Positions 51,368 to 61,642 are shown, counted from the stretch's first letter. The stretch: 64,000 bases of DNA from an uncultured Ignavibacteriales bacterium (GCA_964611355.1 CAZSYD010000001.1:2745-66744), one strand, 5' to 3'. Notes: generated by a model not told the origin, from the letters alone. Made by a program: numbers and translations.

Positions 51368-53536
51368 ATGCCGAAACGACAGAACTCGGATTGGATTCTC
51401 GATTTCATTCGTAGTCAAACCGATCGCCCAATGAAGATCAAAGAACTGGCTCGGACAATAGGCGTCAATTCGACCGATTATCCTCAATTTCGCCGGACTG
51501 TCAGGGGTCTTGTCAGCGACGGGAAACTGGTCAGGTTAAAGCGTGGTAGAATAGGTTTGCCCGATCAATTAGACCTGGCGACCGGCACGATTGCAATAAC
51601 TCGCTCCGGTTTCGGGTTTTTGAAATGTGATCGCGGAGACGAAGAGATATTTATTGCCGCTCGTGACCTGCACACCGCGTTTGACGGCGACCGGGTACTG
51701 GTTCGCCTGAAGCCGGGATTCGGCTTTAAGGGTAAGCGCGAAGGTGTGGTAATTGATATCGTTGAACGGAAAACCAGGCAACTGGTCGGGAAATTAGTTA
51801 AAGGGCGCGGCTATAATTATGTTGTACCGGATTCGAAAAATTTCCAGCGTGATATAAGTATTATTAAGGCTGGTACCGGTCGGGCTCGCGACGGGGAAAA
51901 AGTCGTTGTCAGCCTCGAGGACTGGACTGACCCGTACCTGCATCCCGAAGGCAGGGTGATCGAACGGCTTGGTTTTCCGGGCGATCCCGGCGTCGATACC
52001 CTTTCGATAATCCGTAATTTCGATCTCCCCACCGATTTCACTGATGAAGTGCTCAAGGAAGCGGAAGAGGTTGCTTCCGACTGGAAAGGCGAAATAAGAA
52101 AAAGGACCGACCTGACCGGGCTGACTTTGTTTACCATCGATCCCTCCGACGCCAAAGACTTCGATGACGCGGTTTCGATTGAGATGGTAAACGGCCGTTA
52201 CCGTCTGGGAGTGCATATCGCCGATGTTTCCCATTTCGTACGAGGCGGCTCGAAACTTGACAATGAAGCGTTCAAGCGGGGCACGTCGGTCTATTTCCCT
52301 GACCGTGTGATTCCGATGCTTCCGGAGAAGCTCTCCAATGACGTCTGTTCTCTTCGCCCCGCTCGGAAACGGCTGGCTTATTCGGTTTTTTTGGAATTCG
52401 ACAGGGAAGGAAATACACGGGATTATCAACTGCACCCGTCGGTGATCAGATCCCGCGCCCGGTTGAGTTACGGCGAGGTGCAGCAGTTTTTCGACGGTGA
52501 GGAGCCGACCGGGCGGGTCTTGAGGGTGGCTGATGAGCTTCGTATCATGCGCGAGTTGGCCCGGATTCTGCATAAAAAGCGCGATCAGGCCGGGTCGCTT
52601 GATTTCGACCTGCCGGAAGCCAAAATCACCCTTGACAAAGAAGGGAACGTGATCGAGATCGGCAATCGCATCCGGACAGAGTCGCACCGGCTTATCGAAG
52701 AGTTTATGCTGGCGGCCAATCGCCAGGTGGCGCTTCATTTCTTCCGCAATGCGCAGCCGATTCTGTACCGCGTTCACGAACGGCCGGACATGGAAAAGCT
52801 GGAGGCGTTTTCATATCTGGTGAAAGGGTTTGGTTACCGTTTCCCGGTGTCGCCTAATATGCCTGCGCGGGACTTTGCTCGATTTATAAATCGCGTTAAG
52901 GGTAAACCGGAAGAAGAGCTGATAAACGAACTGCTGCTCCGCTCCATGAAAAAAGCGATTTATCAGCCGAAAAACATCGGCCATTTCGGGCTGGCCTTTA
53001 CTCACTATCTGCATTTCACCTCGCCGATCAGGCGTTATCCCGATCTTTTGGTGCATCGTCTTTTGAAACAATTGAAAAAGGGAAAATACCCGGTCAGGCT
53101 GGCGCAAAAACTCGGCCCGGTTCTGTCCAACGCCGGCAAACACTCCTCGGAAATGGAACGACGGGCTATGGAAGCGGAACGCGAGGCGGTGAAGGCCAAG
53201 CAGGCGGCTTATATGGCGGAGCGGATAGGCGAGGAATATGATGGGATCATATCCGGTATAATCAACTTTGGATTTTTTGTTCGCCTGGTCGGTCCGGGTT
53301 GTGAAGGTATGGTCAGGGCTTCCACGATTGACGATGATTATTACCGCTATGACGAGTCTGGGTATCGTCTGGTCGGCCGCCGGCACGGAAGGGTATTTCG
53401 TTTGGGTGACAAGATCAGGGTGGGCATTCTGCGGGTTGACGTCGAGGCTGCGGAAATAGACCTGTATCTGCTTCAGCCACAACCGCCAAAAGAAAAGCCC
53501 AAAGGAAAACGATCGTTGAGGAAGATGGAAAAATGA
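51368..53536 (+). CDS. rnr: Ribonuclease R
   Basis: RNB catalytic motif LFTIDPSDAKDFDDAVSIE, a C-terminal S1 domain (YDGIISGIINFGFFVRL) and a basic tail. The start is set at ATG 51368 after agagg; the track start is TTG at 51314. Confidence 0.92.
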   Translation: MPKRQNSDWILDFIRSQTDRPMKIKELARTIGVNSTDYPQFRRTVRGLVSDGKLVRLKRGRIGLPDQLDLATGTIAITRSGFGFLKCDRGDEEIFIAARDLHTAFDGDRVLVRLKPGFGFKGKREGVVIDIVERKTRQLVGKLVKGRGYNYVVPDSKNFQRDISIIKAGTGRARDGEKVVVSLEDWTDPYLHPEGRVIERLGFPGDPGVDTLSIIRNFDLPTDFTDEVLKEAEEVASDWKGEIRKRTDLTGLTLFTIDPSDAKDFDDAVSIEMVNGRYRLGVHIADVSHFVRGGSKLDNEAFKRGTSVYFPDRVIPMLPEKLSNDVCSLRPARKRLAYSVFLEFDREGNTRDYQLHPSVIRSRARLSYGEVQQFFDGEEPTGRVLRVADELRIMRELARILHKKRDQAGSLDFDLPEAKITLDKEGNVIEIGNRIRTESHRLIEEFMLAANRQVALHFFRNAQPILYRVHERPDMEKLEAFSYLVKGFGYRFPVSPNMPARDFARFINRVKGKPEEELINELLLRSMKKAIYQPKNIGHFGLAFTHYLHFTSPIRRYPDLLVHRLLKQLKKGKYPVRLAQKLGPVLSNAGKHSSEMERRAMEAEREAVKAKQAAYMAERIGEEYDGIISGIINFGFFVRLVGPGCEGMVRASTIDDDYYRYDESGYRLVGRRHGRVFRLGDKIRVGILRVDVEAAEIDLYLLQPQPPKEKPKGKRSLRKMEK

Positions 53537-54963
53537 AGCGAGTTGTTCAGTCGATTCTATTCTTCGCCGAAAAGGATTATCCCTTTATCCATTCCTCCAT
53601 CGGCTCGGGCAGGGTTCGCATGGTTGGCGAACCGTCGGAACTGATCGAAGCGGTCAAGCACGACAGGTTTTCCGTCATCCTTTTCGATACGGTCCATCCG
53701 AGGTTTTCGGAATCGCTGGTTATGCGCGTTTATCGCAGAACGCCATTGGCTGAATTCTGGCTGCTTGCCCATGACAAGCATCATACTCTCCCTGAATATA
53801 TGATAGATAACATCTTTTCGTATAATATCAGGAAGGCGGAATTTGAAACCAGGATCAAGGCGGTTCTTCGAATAAAGGCTTTTCTGGAGGAGTATCACAT
53901 GGTCGGCAAGTCGGCCAATCTTAAACAGGTTGCCGAAATGATCTCGCAGGTGGCGCCGACCGATATATCGACCCTGATAATCGGGCCGTCCGGATCCGGC
54001 AAAGAACTGGTCGCCCGGGCGCTGCACCGCCATTCTACCCGAAAAGATAAACCGTTTATTGCCGTAAACTGCGGTGCGCTGGCCGAGGGACTTCTTGAGT
54101 CGGAGCTTTTCGGCCATGAGAGAGGTGCCTTCACCGGCGCGATCGGCAAGCGCGAAGGAATATTCAAGCGGGCCGACGGCGGCACCGTCTTCCTTGATGA
54201 AATCGGTGAAACTTCGCCGGCATTGCAGGTGAAACTTCTGCGGGTTCTGGAAGAGGGGAATTTCAACCGGGTCGGCGGAAGCGAACTGATTCATGCCGAT
54301 ATCAGGGTGTTGGCGGCGACCAACCGCGAGCTTACCGAGGCGATTGCGGAGAAGGAATTCCGCGAGGACCTTTATTATCGATTGGGCGCCATTCGAATAA
54401 ACCTGGCCGGTCTGGTCGAACGTAAAGCCGATATTATTCCGCTTATAAATCATTTTTTCAGGGAGCAAACCGGAACGGTTCGGGGCATCTCGGAGCGGGC
54501 CACGGAGATGCTGATAGGCTACGGATGGCCCGGCAATGTTCGTCAGTTACGCAATTTTGTCAGCCATATGGCGGTAACCGCCGGCGAAGGTGAAATTTCG
54601 GAGAGTCACGTCACACAATTCATCGAGGAGCAGGGGTACGTTGAACGCCACCTGCCGGTCGTTACCGACAAAACCCCACAGCAGGCGGAATTCCAACTGA
54701 TCTACCGGGCGCTGCTTTCGCTGGGTCAGGAAGTTCGGATGATGCGCGACCTGATTATCGAAAACCTGCCTTCAGGGCGCGAAGCGGTTGAACCTCACGA
54801 TATCACTGATCCCTACCGGATGGAGAGTATCGAAGAAGTGGAAGAGCAGTTGATAAAACAGACTCTTGAGTCGGTGGGGGGCAATCGCCGTCAGGCGGCG
54901 GGGCGGCTTGGTATCGGTGAACGAACCCTTTACCGTAAACTAAAAAAATACGATATTGATTAA
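53533..54963 (+). CDS. Sigma54-dependent transcriptional activator with degenerate receiver-like N-domain
   Basis: Walker A GPSGSGKE, a GAFTGA loop, and a Fis-type HTH (NRRQAAGRLGIGERTLYRKLKKY). ATGA overlap with the rnr stop. Confidence 0.88.
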   Translation: MKRVVQSILFFAEKDYPFIHSSIGSGRVRMVGEPSELIEAVKHDRFSVILFDTVHPRFSESLVMRVYRRTPLAEFWLLAHDKHHTLPEYMIDNIFSYNIRKAEFETRIKAVLRIKAFLEEYHMVGKSANLKQVAEMISQVAPTDISTLIIGPSGSGKELVARALHRHSTRKDKPFIAVNCGALAEGLLESELFGHERGAFTGAIGKREGIFKRADGGTVFLDEIGETSPALQVKLLRVLEEGNFNRVGGSELIHADIRVLAATNRELTEAIAEKEFREDLYYRLGAIRINLAGLVERKADIIPLINHFFREQTGTVRGISERATEMLIGYGWPGNVRQLRNFVSHMAVTAGEGEISESHVTQFIEEQGYVERHLPVVTDKTPQQAEFQLIYRALLSLGQEVRMMRDLIIENLPSGREAVEPHDITDPYRMESIEEVEEQLIKQTLESVGGNRRQAAGRLGIGERTLYRKLKKYDID

Positions 54964-56593
54964 ATTCTGCGCAGTAATTCTTTTATTGCCCGTTATGTGT
55001 TTGCCGATTTGCGGGAAAACATATTCGGCCCCTTTCAACATCCCCGACCCGGAGGAGGTATACGAAGCGTATAGCGACGGATTTATCGACTACGAGGAGT
55101 ATCGCGCATTACTTGAGATCTCGCGCGGTCGAAGGTTCATACGCAGCGATTCACTTTTTCTTTTACAGTTTCCGGATTTGCTCACAGGTTTTTCATCAAA
55201 TCCGCTTTTTACTCCTGTAGCCGATACGCTAATGTCCCCACAGAGAGAAGAAGAAATAATTCCATCGCGATGGAACCGGCAGATTCTCTATCGTCAATAC
55301 CAGAAGCTAACGGGTGAAGATGAGCGAAAAAGGCTGTTTCGCTTTCGGTCTTCCTTTGATCGTTTGGCCTTATACGGGGAGTATGAGACGGAATACTCGG
55401 GCGCGCACAAATGGGGACAGAGGTATCTGGAATACTCACTCACGAATCAATCGGGCGACTACAGTCTGACCGTCGGCAGTTACAAGGATCGTTTCGGGCT
55501 GGGGCTGATTTACGGTTATCATGGTCAACTCATCGACAGACCTGATGAATCGGATAATTTGGAGAGACTTCTTTATCCCCGCTACGGCGGTTCCAATGGC
55601 GTTATTGTGACCGCCGAAAGAGAAATCGGAGAATACAAATTTGTGTACGATACCGATCGCAACGAAGCGTTCGGCAAAGACTATTTCGGCTTTTCCATGC
55701 CACTGACCGGCGGAAATCATTCGTTTCAATTATCCGGTGGTTATGGCCATTTGCGCAATCGAACGAATCAATCACGGCTTGACGCAACATTTCTTTCTAT
55801 GTATGGTCGATCAAATCTTTTCCTTTCCGATGCCGACTTCGAGCTGGCGGTCGCGTCATTTGACAAGAAGATACCGGTTGCCGGAGCATTATATTTCAGG
55901 CGGAAACGTCGCGTAGTTTCGGTGACCGTAACAAGCTGGCATTATGACGATGATTTCCCGTCATGGTTTTCCGGCGGGCCGTCTTCAAGACGATACCGGA
56001 CGATTTCACCGGGCGATATCGGTCTTTCCGTCCGCGACCGGTTCGCGGGTGAAACCGGCGGAGTGGTCAAAACCACGACTGCACTTTCGAAGAAACTGTC
56101 TTTATATTCGGCCATAGGATACGCCTGGCGGGGATTCGACGATAATCGAGTCGAAACGCGTCTGGGCGTCAAATATAGATTAAACGATATTTACCGTACC
56201 AGAGTCGATTGTTACTGGAGATCGGATGACCTATATTCGGGCGACCGTTCGCAGCGAAGGATACAGTATGAACTTGTCCGGGATAAGGGGGATATACGGT
56301 CCCGAATCGTTTTCGGGCATCGATTTGACCGATACGGCGAACGCGATGATTATCTGGTCTATTTCGAGAGCAGGCTTATTAATCGATTGGGGCGATTGAG
56401 ATTTCTGTGTAAGCTGGATCGTTTGCGGTTTGACAATATCAAAAACAACTACATGTATGTTGCTCTCTCCCATGAGACCGAAATCAGCGGTGGTTTGAGT
56501 TCGTATATCAAGTACAGTTATCGTTACCGGCGAGGGCAGCCCGGCAACAGCTATGGGATGTTGCGCTGGGATTTCAGTTGGGCCGTTAAATAG
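54956..56593 (+). CDS. Hypothetical outer-membrane beta-barrel-like protein
   Basis: Signal-peptide-like N-terminus after a TTG start that overlaps the activator stop. Long Y/R/G/D-rich alternating segments. C-terminus LRWDFSWAVK. Confidence 0.5.
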   Translation: MIKFCAVILLLPVMCLPICGKTYSAPFNIPDPEEVYEAYSDGFIDYEEYRALLEISRGRRFIRSDSLFLLQFPDLLTGFSSNPLFTPVADTLMSPQREEEIIPSRWNRQILYRQYQKLTGEDERKRLFRFRSSFDRLALYGEYETEYSGAHKWGQRYLEYSLTNQSGDYSLTVGSYKDRFGLGLIYGYHGQLIDRPDESDNLERLLYPRYGGSNGVIVTAEREIGEYKFVYDTDRNEAFGKDYFGFSMPLTGGNHSFQLSGGYGHLRNRTNQSRLDATFLSMYGRSNLFLSDADFELAVASFDKKIPVAGALYFRRKRRVVSVTVTSWHYDDDFPSWFSGGPSSRRYRTISPGDIGLSVRDRFAGETGGVVKTTTALSKKLSLYSAIGYAWRGFDDNRVETRLGVKYRLNDIYRTRVDCYWRSDDLYSGDRSQRRIQYELVRDKGDIRSRIVFGHRFDRYGERDDYLVYFESRLINRLGRLRFLCKLDRLRFDNIKNNYMYVALSHETEISGGLSSYIKYSYRYRRGQPGNSYGMLRWDFSWAVK

Positions 56594-56608
56594 GATTATC
56601 CGTTGATT

Positions 56609-57448
56609 ATGCGACGCAGTTTAATAATATTATTTTACCTGCTTTTTCTCGCGAGTTTGTCGTCGGGTCAAAGATCTTTTGACGGCCCGATTCTGTCGGA
56701 ATTCCTTCCCAATCAAACCGGTGACTTGGAAACCGAATGGATTGAACTATGCAATCCAACCGATTTTGACGTCGATCTGCAGGAATACAAAATCGGAGAC
56801 GAATTAGGCTGGCGCGATATTTCCGACACCGCGCTGATTCTTCTTTCCGGCGGATATATTATCCTATCCCAGGATATGGGCCGTTTTCTTGAATATTATT
56901 CCGATTTCAATGGAATCGTCACTTCCCCGGACGGATGGCAGATACTCAACAACGACGGCGACATGGTGCGGCTGGGGGATGCTTCCGGCCATACGATTGA
57001 CAGTGTCGTTTATGACAAGGCCTTTGCAGATAATCGCAGTTGGGAAAGGTATATTGACGCTGACAGGAAGTCATTTTGGGGCGGTTCGTTCGACCCGGCC
57101 GGTTCTACACCGGGTTTTCCAAACAGCTATTTTTACCCGCGCTTAGGCAGCATTGATATTGAAATATCGCCCGATCCGTTTTCGCCGGACGGGGACGGTT
57201 TTGAAGATGTTACAATCATCAAATACAATCCGCCTGAAGGCGAATCGTTTGAGCTGGCTGTCTATGATATTTCCGGTCGAAAGGTAAAGACATTTCTTAA
57301 GAATGACGTCTCTATTCCAGGCGAAATAACCTGGGACGGCCGGGGCGATGACGGCAGAAGACTGCCGGTCGGTATTTATATCGTCTATGCCCGCGTTGAG
57401 GGCGAAACGTCGATGGAAACGAAAAGGACGGTGGTGATAGCGCGATGA
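56609..57448 (+). CDS. Secreted lamin-tail-domain (LTD) protein with C-terminal FlgD-Ig/T9SS-sorting-like domain
   Basis: LTD pattern ILSEFLPNQTGDLETEWIELCNPTDFDVDL...LNNDGDMVRL. C-terminal PDPFSPDGDGFEDV...VYDISGRKVKTF...PVGIYIVYARVEG. An in-frame TTG at 56603 is an alternative start. Confidence 0.7.
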   Translation: MRRSLIILFYLLFLASLSSGQRSFDGPILSEFLPNQTGDLETEWIELCNPTDFDVDLQEYKIGDELGWRDISDTALILLSGGYIILSQDMGRFLEYYSDFNGIVTSPDGWQILNNDGDMVRLGDASGHTIDSVVYDKAFADNRSWERYIDADRKSFWGGSFDPAGSTPGFPNSYFYPRLGSIDIEISPDPFSPDGDGFEDVTIIKYNPPEGESFELAVYDISGRKVKTFLKNDVSIPGEITWDGRGDDGRRLPVGIYIVYARVEGETSMETKRTVVIAR

Positions 57449-58257
57449 GGTCGCTTCGATATGCCACTTTAGGTTTGGTTCTATGGTGCGGTTTTTGTCT
57501 GCGCGCCGAAGCAACCGGCCTGTCTTATGCCGACAATCAGGTTTTCTCGCACGGGTATGTCGATTTCGAATCCGCCGGGCCATTGGTCATCACCGATTAT
57601 CCGTTCGCTTCAACTGGAAAGAAGTTCGCCTTTCAGACTTCTTATCGTCAGCTTTATGCTATCAGGGAATTAACCGACAACCGGGCGGCGGTCGCGGTTT
57701 CAATCGACAGGTTTTCCCTCGGCGCGGCTTTGGCCGCCTTTGGCGAGGCTAATTATTTTCATCAGGTTGGTATTTCGTCGTTCGTGAATTATCGCTGCGG
57801 AGGCATTGCGGGCGGGGTTGCCGTTGTTTATCATCGCTATTCATTCAACGAAAAGTATGATGCATTATCTTTAACAACTATTAACGCCGGATTCTCTTAT
57901 ACCGGGCAGATGGTGACCTTGTTTGCCGCGACTCGAGCAATCAATCAGCCGACTTACTATGATGGCGGCGAATCGCTGCCGCCGGAGGGAGAAATCGGCA
58001 TTTCGCTGAAATCGAGCGAAGGATTGGACAGCCATGCCAAAGCGTTGTTTATTCGATACCGGAAGCCGACCGCCGAACTTTCGCAATCATTTCGCCTGTC
58101 CGACTATGCGCAGATAAACTGGGCTTTAGTCCTTCGTCCGGCTCGATTCGGCGCAGGATTAAATCTTGAGCATGGCCATTTCGGTTTTGATTACAGATTC
58201 TCCCACCACCCGGTTCTCGGCTGGACGCATACGGTGATGTTAACCGTGTTTGGCTAA
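57445..58257 (+). CDS. Hypothetical outer-membrane beta-barrel-like protein
   Basis: Signal peptide, short amphipathic beta-strand-like segments, and an aromatic residue near the C-terminus (MLTVFG). ATGA overlap with the upstream gene. Confidence 0.45.
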   Translation: MRSLRYATLGLVLWCGFCLRAEATGLSYADNQVFSHGYVDFESAGPLVITDYPFASTGKKFAFQTSYRQLYAIRELTDNRAAVAVSIDRFSLGAALAAFGEANYFHQVGISSFVNYRCGGIAGGVAVVYHRYSFNEKYDALSLTTINAGFSYTGQMVTLFAATRAINQPTYYDGGESLPPEGEIGISLKSSEGLDSHAKALFIRYRKPTAELSQSFRLSDYAQINWALVLRPARFGAGLNLEHGHFGFDYRFSHHPVLGWTHTVMLTVFG

Positions 58258-58361
58258 ATCGATTGTTGGGTTTTTCGCTACGCTAAGAACCCAACCCACT
58301 ATACTGCCCGTTACGAAGAACCTGTTGACTCAATCGCCTTTTAAGTTATAATAATTAACTT

Positions 58362-59504
58362 ATGGAACCTCTCGATATATACGAAACTGAACACCTGCGG
58401 TATCCGGCGCCGTATGCGGCGCTGTCGGAAAACAGCCGGGGAAGAAAATTTCCGATTCCGCGAAATCCTTTCCGGACGGAGTACCAGCGCGATCGGGATC
58501 GGATTATTCATTCCAACGCTTTTCGAAGATTACAGCATAAGACGCAGGTGTTTGCCAATTTCGGTGAGGAAAGCGATCATTACCGCACCCGGTTGACTCA
58601 CACCATCGAAGTTGCCCAGATAAGCCGAACCATAGCAAGGTCGCTTGGCCTGAACGAAGACCTGGCCGAAGCGGTGGCGCTGGCGCATGACCTTGGGCAT
58701 ACGCCGTTCGGTCACGCCGGGGAGGAAGCGCTCGATTCGCTTTTAGCCGACAGCGGCGGGTTTAACCATAATATTCAATCGTTGCGCGTGGTCGATTATC
58801 TGGAGAAACGGTATCAGGGGCATTACGGACTGAATCTGACCTATGAATTGCGTGAGGCGATCATAAAACACGAAACGGACAGCGATATCGAGATTCCCGA
58901 TGAATTCAACCCGAATGAACAGCCTCTCCTGGAAGGTCAGCTTGTCAATCTGGCTGACGAAATCGCCTACGATGGTCACGACGTCGATGACGGCATTTCA
59001 TCGGGGCTGCTGACTCTCGAAATGCTGCGCGAGGTTGATTTTTTGAAGGATATTATTCGGGAGGTCGAAGGCGATCTTGAGGAAAAGACGCCGGAGATGA
59101 TCCGGACGGCGTTGATTCGCAACCTCGTTAACCGAATGGTGATTGATCTGGTTCAGGAAATCCGCGACCGGTTGCGGCAAAATGGAATTACCTCGGTTGA
59201 GGACGTCAGGCAGTCCGTCAATCGGCTGGTGGATTTTTCCGAAAGCCGGAAGGCGTTTAATGAGAAGTTGAAAAGTTTTCTCGAGGAAAACATGTATCAT
59301 CATCCCGGTCTGGACCGAATGCACGAAAAATCCTGCGAAATCATCATTTTTCTTTTTAAGCATTATCTTGAAAACCCGGAGGATATTCCGGAAGGATTTC
59401 GACGTCGTTTCCCCGACCAGGAAATAAAGCGTCTTGCGACCGATTATGTCGCCGGAATGACCGACCGTTTTGCCCTGGCCGACTTTAATCGCCTGCAATG
59501 TTGA
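58362..59504 (+). CDS. dgt: dGTP triphosphohydrolase-like HD-domain protein
   Basis: RDRDRIIHSNAFRRLQHKTQVF and LAHDLGHTPFGH motifs. Confidence 0.88.
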   Translation: MEPLDIYETEHLRYPAPYAALSENSRGRKFPIPRNPFRTEYQRDRDRIIHSNAFRRLQHKTQVFANFGEESDHYRTRLTHTIEVAQISRTIARSLGLNEDLAEAVALAHDLGHTPFGHAGEEALDSLLADSGGFNHNIQSLRVVDYLEKRYQGHYGLNLTYELREAIIKHETDSDIEIPDEFNPNEQPLLEGQLVNLADEIAYDGHDVDDGISSGLLTLEMLREVDFLKDIIREVEGDLEEKTPEMIRTALIRNLVNRMVIDLVQEIRDRLRQNGITSVEDVRQSVNRLVDFSESRKAFNEKLKSFLEENMYHHPGLDRMHEKSCEIIIFLFKHYLENPEDIPEGFRRRFPDQEIKRLATDYVAGMTDRFALADFNRLQC

Positions 59505-59531
59505 ACATCTCAAATTGCAATGATCTGCACC

Positions 59532-59563
59532 AAAAGGCCGCATTCGGGGGGGCAGGCCTTTTT
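59532..59563 (+). terminator. Rho-independent terminator after dgt
   Basis: aaaaggcc (59532-59539) pairs with ggcctttt (59555-59562). G-rich loop, and T-run 59559-59563. Confidence 0.6.
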
Positions 59564-59668
59564 ACAAAATCTGTAACTCGTTATAAGATAACAGAATTAC
59601 TCCCGATTGCTTCTCCCGTCCTGACAGGCATGCAGGTTGCCGCTTAAGACTTCCCGGAAGGAAAAATT

Positions 59669-60043
59669 ATGGAACTGTTTTTCGGATCGCACAAAATTTC
59701 GGGTGGCAATGCGGCCCCCGGGAACCTGGTGACCTTTTCCATTCCCGACCTTGGCGTCAGGTTCAAAGCCCCTTACGCGGCCGATAATACGGTTCTCGAT
59801 TACGCGGCCCTTCTGACTCTTTTGGAATTTATTGAAATCAACCCGCAGCTTTTTACCAATCGAGCGCTGGAGCTTTATTGCAATAACTATGACCTCGTGA
59901 ACCAGGTAAAAGACAGCCGGGTGGAGGATATTGAACTGGCGCCGTTTTTGAGAAAAGCGCTCGAATATCGCAGTAAGCTCAGGTTTTCGCTCAACTGGAT
60001 ACCGGCTCCCGACAATCCCGCTCAGAACCTCGAAATAAATTGA
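59669..60043 (+). CDS. Hypothetical protein (faint RNase H-like pattern)
   Basis: Co-directional with its neighbours, with the purine-rich ggaaggaaaaatt before the ATG. DNTVLDYAALLTLLEFIE...LELYCNNYDLVNQV loosely resembles the RNase H helix and strand. An equally long antisense ORF exists. Confidence 0.4.
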   Translation: MELFFGSHKISGGNAAPGNLVTFSIPDLGVRFKAPYAADNTVLDYAALLTLLEFIEINPQLFTNRALELYCNNYDLVNQVKDSRVEDIELAPFLRKALEYRSKLRFSLNWIPAPDNPAQNLEIN

Positions 60044-60074
60044 CAAAACAGTTCATTGCGGCCTACCTTTGGGT

Positions 60075-61055
60075 ATGGCTTCGTCATTTATTACCGCTGA
60101 ACATTTGACGATAGAGATCGGCAGGGGCCGATACCGGCCGGTTTATTATTTTTTCGGCGAAGAAGATTTTCGCAAGTCCGAGGCCGTCAAGTATATTTTA
60201 AACCATTATGTTCCCGAGCAGCAAAGGGTTTTTAATTTTTCCCGCTTGTCGATTGAAAAGATCGATTTTGAAACGGTCTGCAGCGAGCTGGCCGCTATTC
60301 CGATGCTGGGGGAAAGGCGGCTTATACTTATAAACGAAGCTCAGAAACTGAAACCGACACAGCAGAAACGTCTTTTTTCGCTTCTGGGGAACCCTTCGCC
60401 GGAGACGATTATTATCCTGTCCAGTCCGGCCGCGCGCACGCCGCGTAAGAATTCAGCCTTTTTCAAGGCCGTCGGCCGTGTCGCTCAGCCGGTACAATTC
60501 GGCCGGCTGACCCGGAATATGGCAACGATAAGAATACACAAGCGTCTGGAGTCTGCCGGATTTACTTATGATAAGGAGGCGATCGATCTTTTAATTTCCC
60601 TAACCGATGGCGATTTCGGCGGTCTTGATGGAGAGCTGGAGAAGCTTACGCTGTCGTCCGAGAAGGGGAGCCATATTGGATTGGGTGATGTCAAAAGAAT
60701 GGCCAGTTCATATCAGGATTTCAATATTTTTGAGTTGATTGATTTAATCGCCGAAAAAAAGGCGGATAGAGCGCTTGAGGCTTATCATGATTTAATCCGG
60801 AAAGGGATGCGTCCGGCGTCGCTGCTGCGGCAACTTTCAAATCATATTCTCAATTTGCTCAGGGTTCATACCGGCAAACAGGTTTCGGGGGCGCCGTATT
60901 TCGTCAACAAGCTCAGGCATCAGGCCCCGCTCTTCGACAAGGAAAAGGTTCTTGACGCCATTTCCCGGATAGCGGCGACAGAGCGGGAAATCAGGCGTTC
61001 CGCGATCAAACCGCCCATTCTGGTGGAAAACCTGATTCGCGAAATTTCCAGATAA
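60075..61055 (+). CDS. holA: DNA polymerase III subunit delta
   Basis: About 326 aa. The N-terminal PVYYFFGEEDF...IPMLGERRLILINEAQKL pattern is typical of HolA. ATG at 60075 is preferred over the track TTG at 60069. Confidence 0.8.
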   Translation: MASSFITAEHLTIEIGRGRYRPVYYFFGEEDFRKSEAVKYILNHYVPEQQRVFNFSRLSIEKIDFETVCSELAAIPMLGERRLILINEAQKLKPTQQKRLFSLLGNPSPETIIILSSPAARTPRKNSAFFKAVGRVAQPVQFGRLTRNMATIRIHKRLESAGFTYDKEAIDLLISLTDGDFGGLDGELEKLTLSSEKGSHIGLGDVKRMASSYQDFNIFELIDLIAEKKADRALEAYHDLIRKGMRPASLLRQLSNHILNLLRVHTGKQVSGAPYFVNKLRHQAPLFDKEKVLDAISRIAATEREIRRSAIKPPILVENLIREISR

Positions 61056-61058
61056 ACT

Positions 61059-61640
61059 TTGGAAGAAAAAAAAGATATCAGGGTATTCAACAGGGAAACC
61101 GGTTTGGACGAATCGGTTCTGGCGGCCTCCGCCCGGCTCGGCGACAAGGCCGCTTTCGGAGAACTGGTCAGGATGCACCAGCGAAAGGTATTGCGGATGG
61201 TGGTCGGAATGGTCGGCGATCTTGACAGCGCCATGGATATTGTGCAGGATAGTTTTGTCAGGGCATACCAAGCGCTCGACAGGTTCGATGAAACGCAGCC
61301 GTTTTATCCCTGGATATCCAAGATTGCCGGTAACCTGGCTATAAATCATATCAGGAAAAGAAGCCGAGAGACAAGCCTTGATCTGGAAATAACGAAGCAG
61401 GCTTCGGCCAACCCGGATCCGCTAAAAAAGCTTCAGCTTGAAGAAACGGATCAGCGTTTCATGAAGGCGGTAGGCGAGTTGCCGACCCAGTATCGGGCGG
61501 TCTTTATTCTGAGGAATTTTGAGGAGTTGAGCTACGAGGAAATCGCCGAGCGTTTGGAAATCTCGGTCGGGACGGTCGATTCGCGGCTGTATCGCGCCCG
61601 GCGAATACTGGTGGATAAACTGAAAGAGCTATTGGAATAA
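61059..61640 (+). CDS. ECF RNA polymerase sigma factor
   Basis: Region 2 (GDKAAFGELVRMHQRKVLRMVVGMVGDLDSAMDIVQDSFVRAY) and region 4 (SYEEIAERLEISVGTVDSRLYRARRIL). TTG start. Confidence 0.85.
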   Translation: MEEKKDIRVFNRETGLDESVLAASARLGDKAAFGELVRMHQRKVLRMVVGMVGDLDSAMDIVQDSFVRAYQALDRFDETQPFYPWISKIAGNLAINHIRKRSRETSLDLEITKQASANPDPLKKLQLEETDQRFMKAVGELPTQYRAVFILRNFEELSYEEIAERLEISVGTVDSRLYRARRILVDKLKELLE

Positions 61641-61642
61641 TT

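Noticed and set aside
59597-60046. A 149-aa minus-strand ORF as the real gene at this locus.
   Set aside because: It runs against the direction of all neighbouring genes and has no recognisable motif or SD. The plus-strand ORF is preferred, but only weakly (see the finding on 59669-60043).
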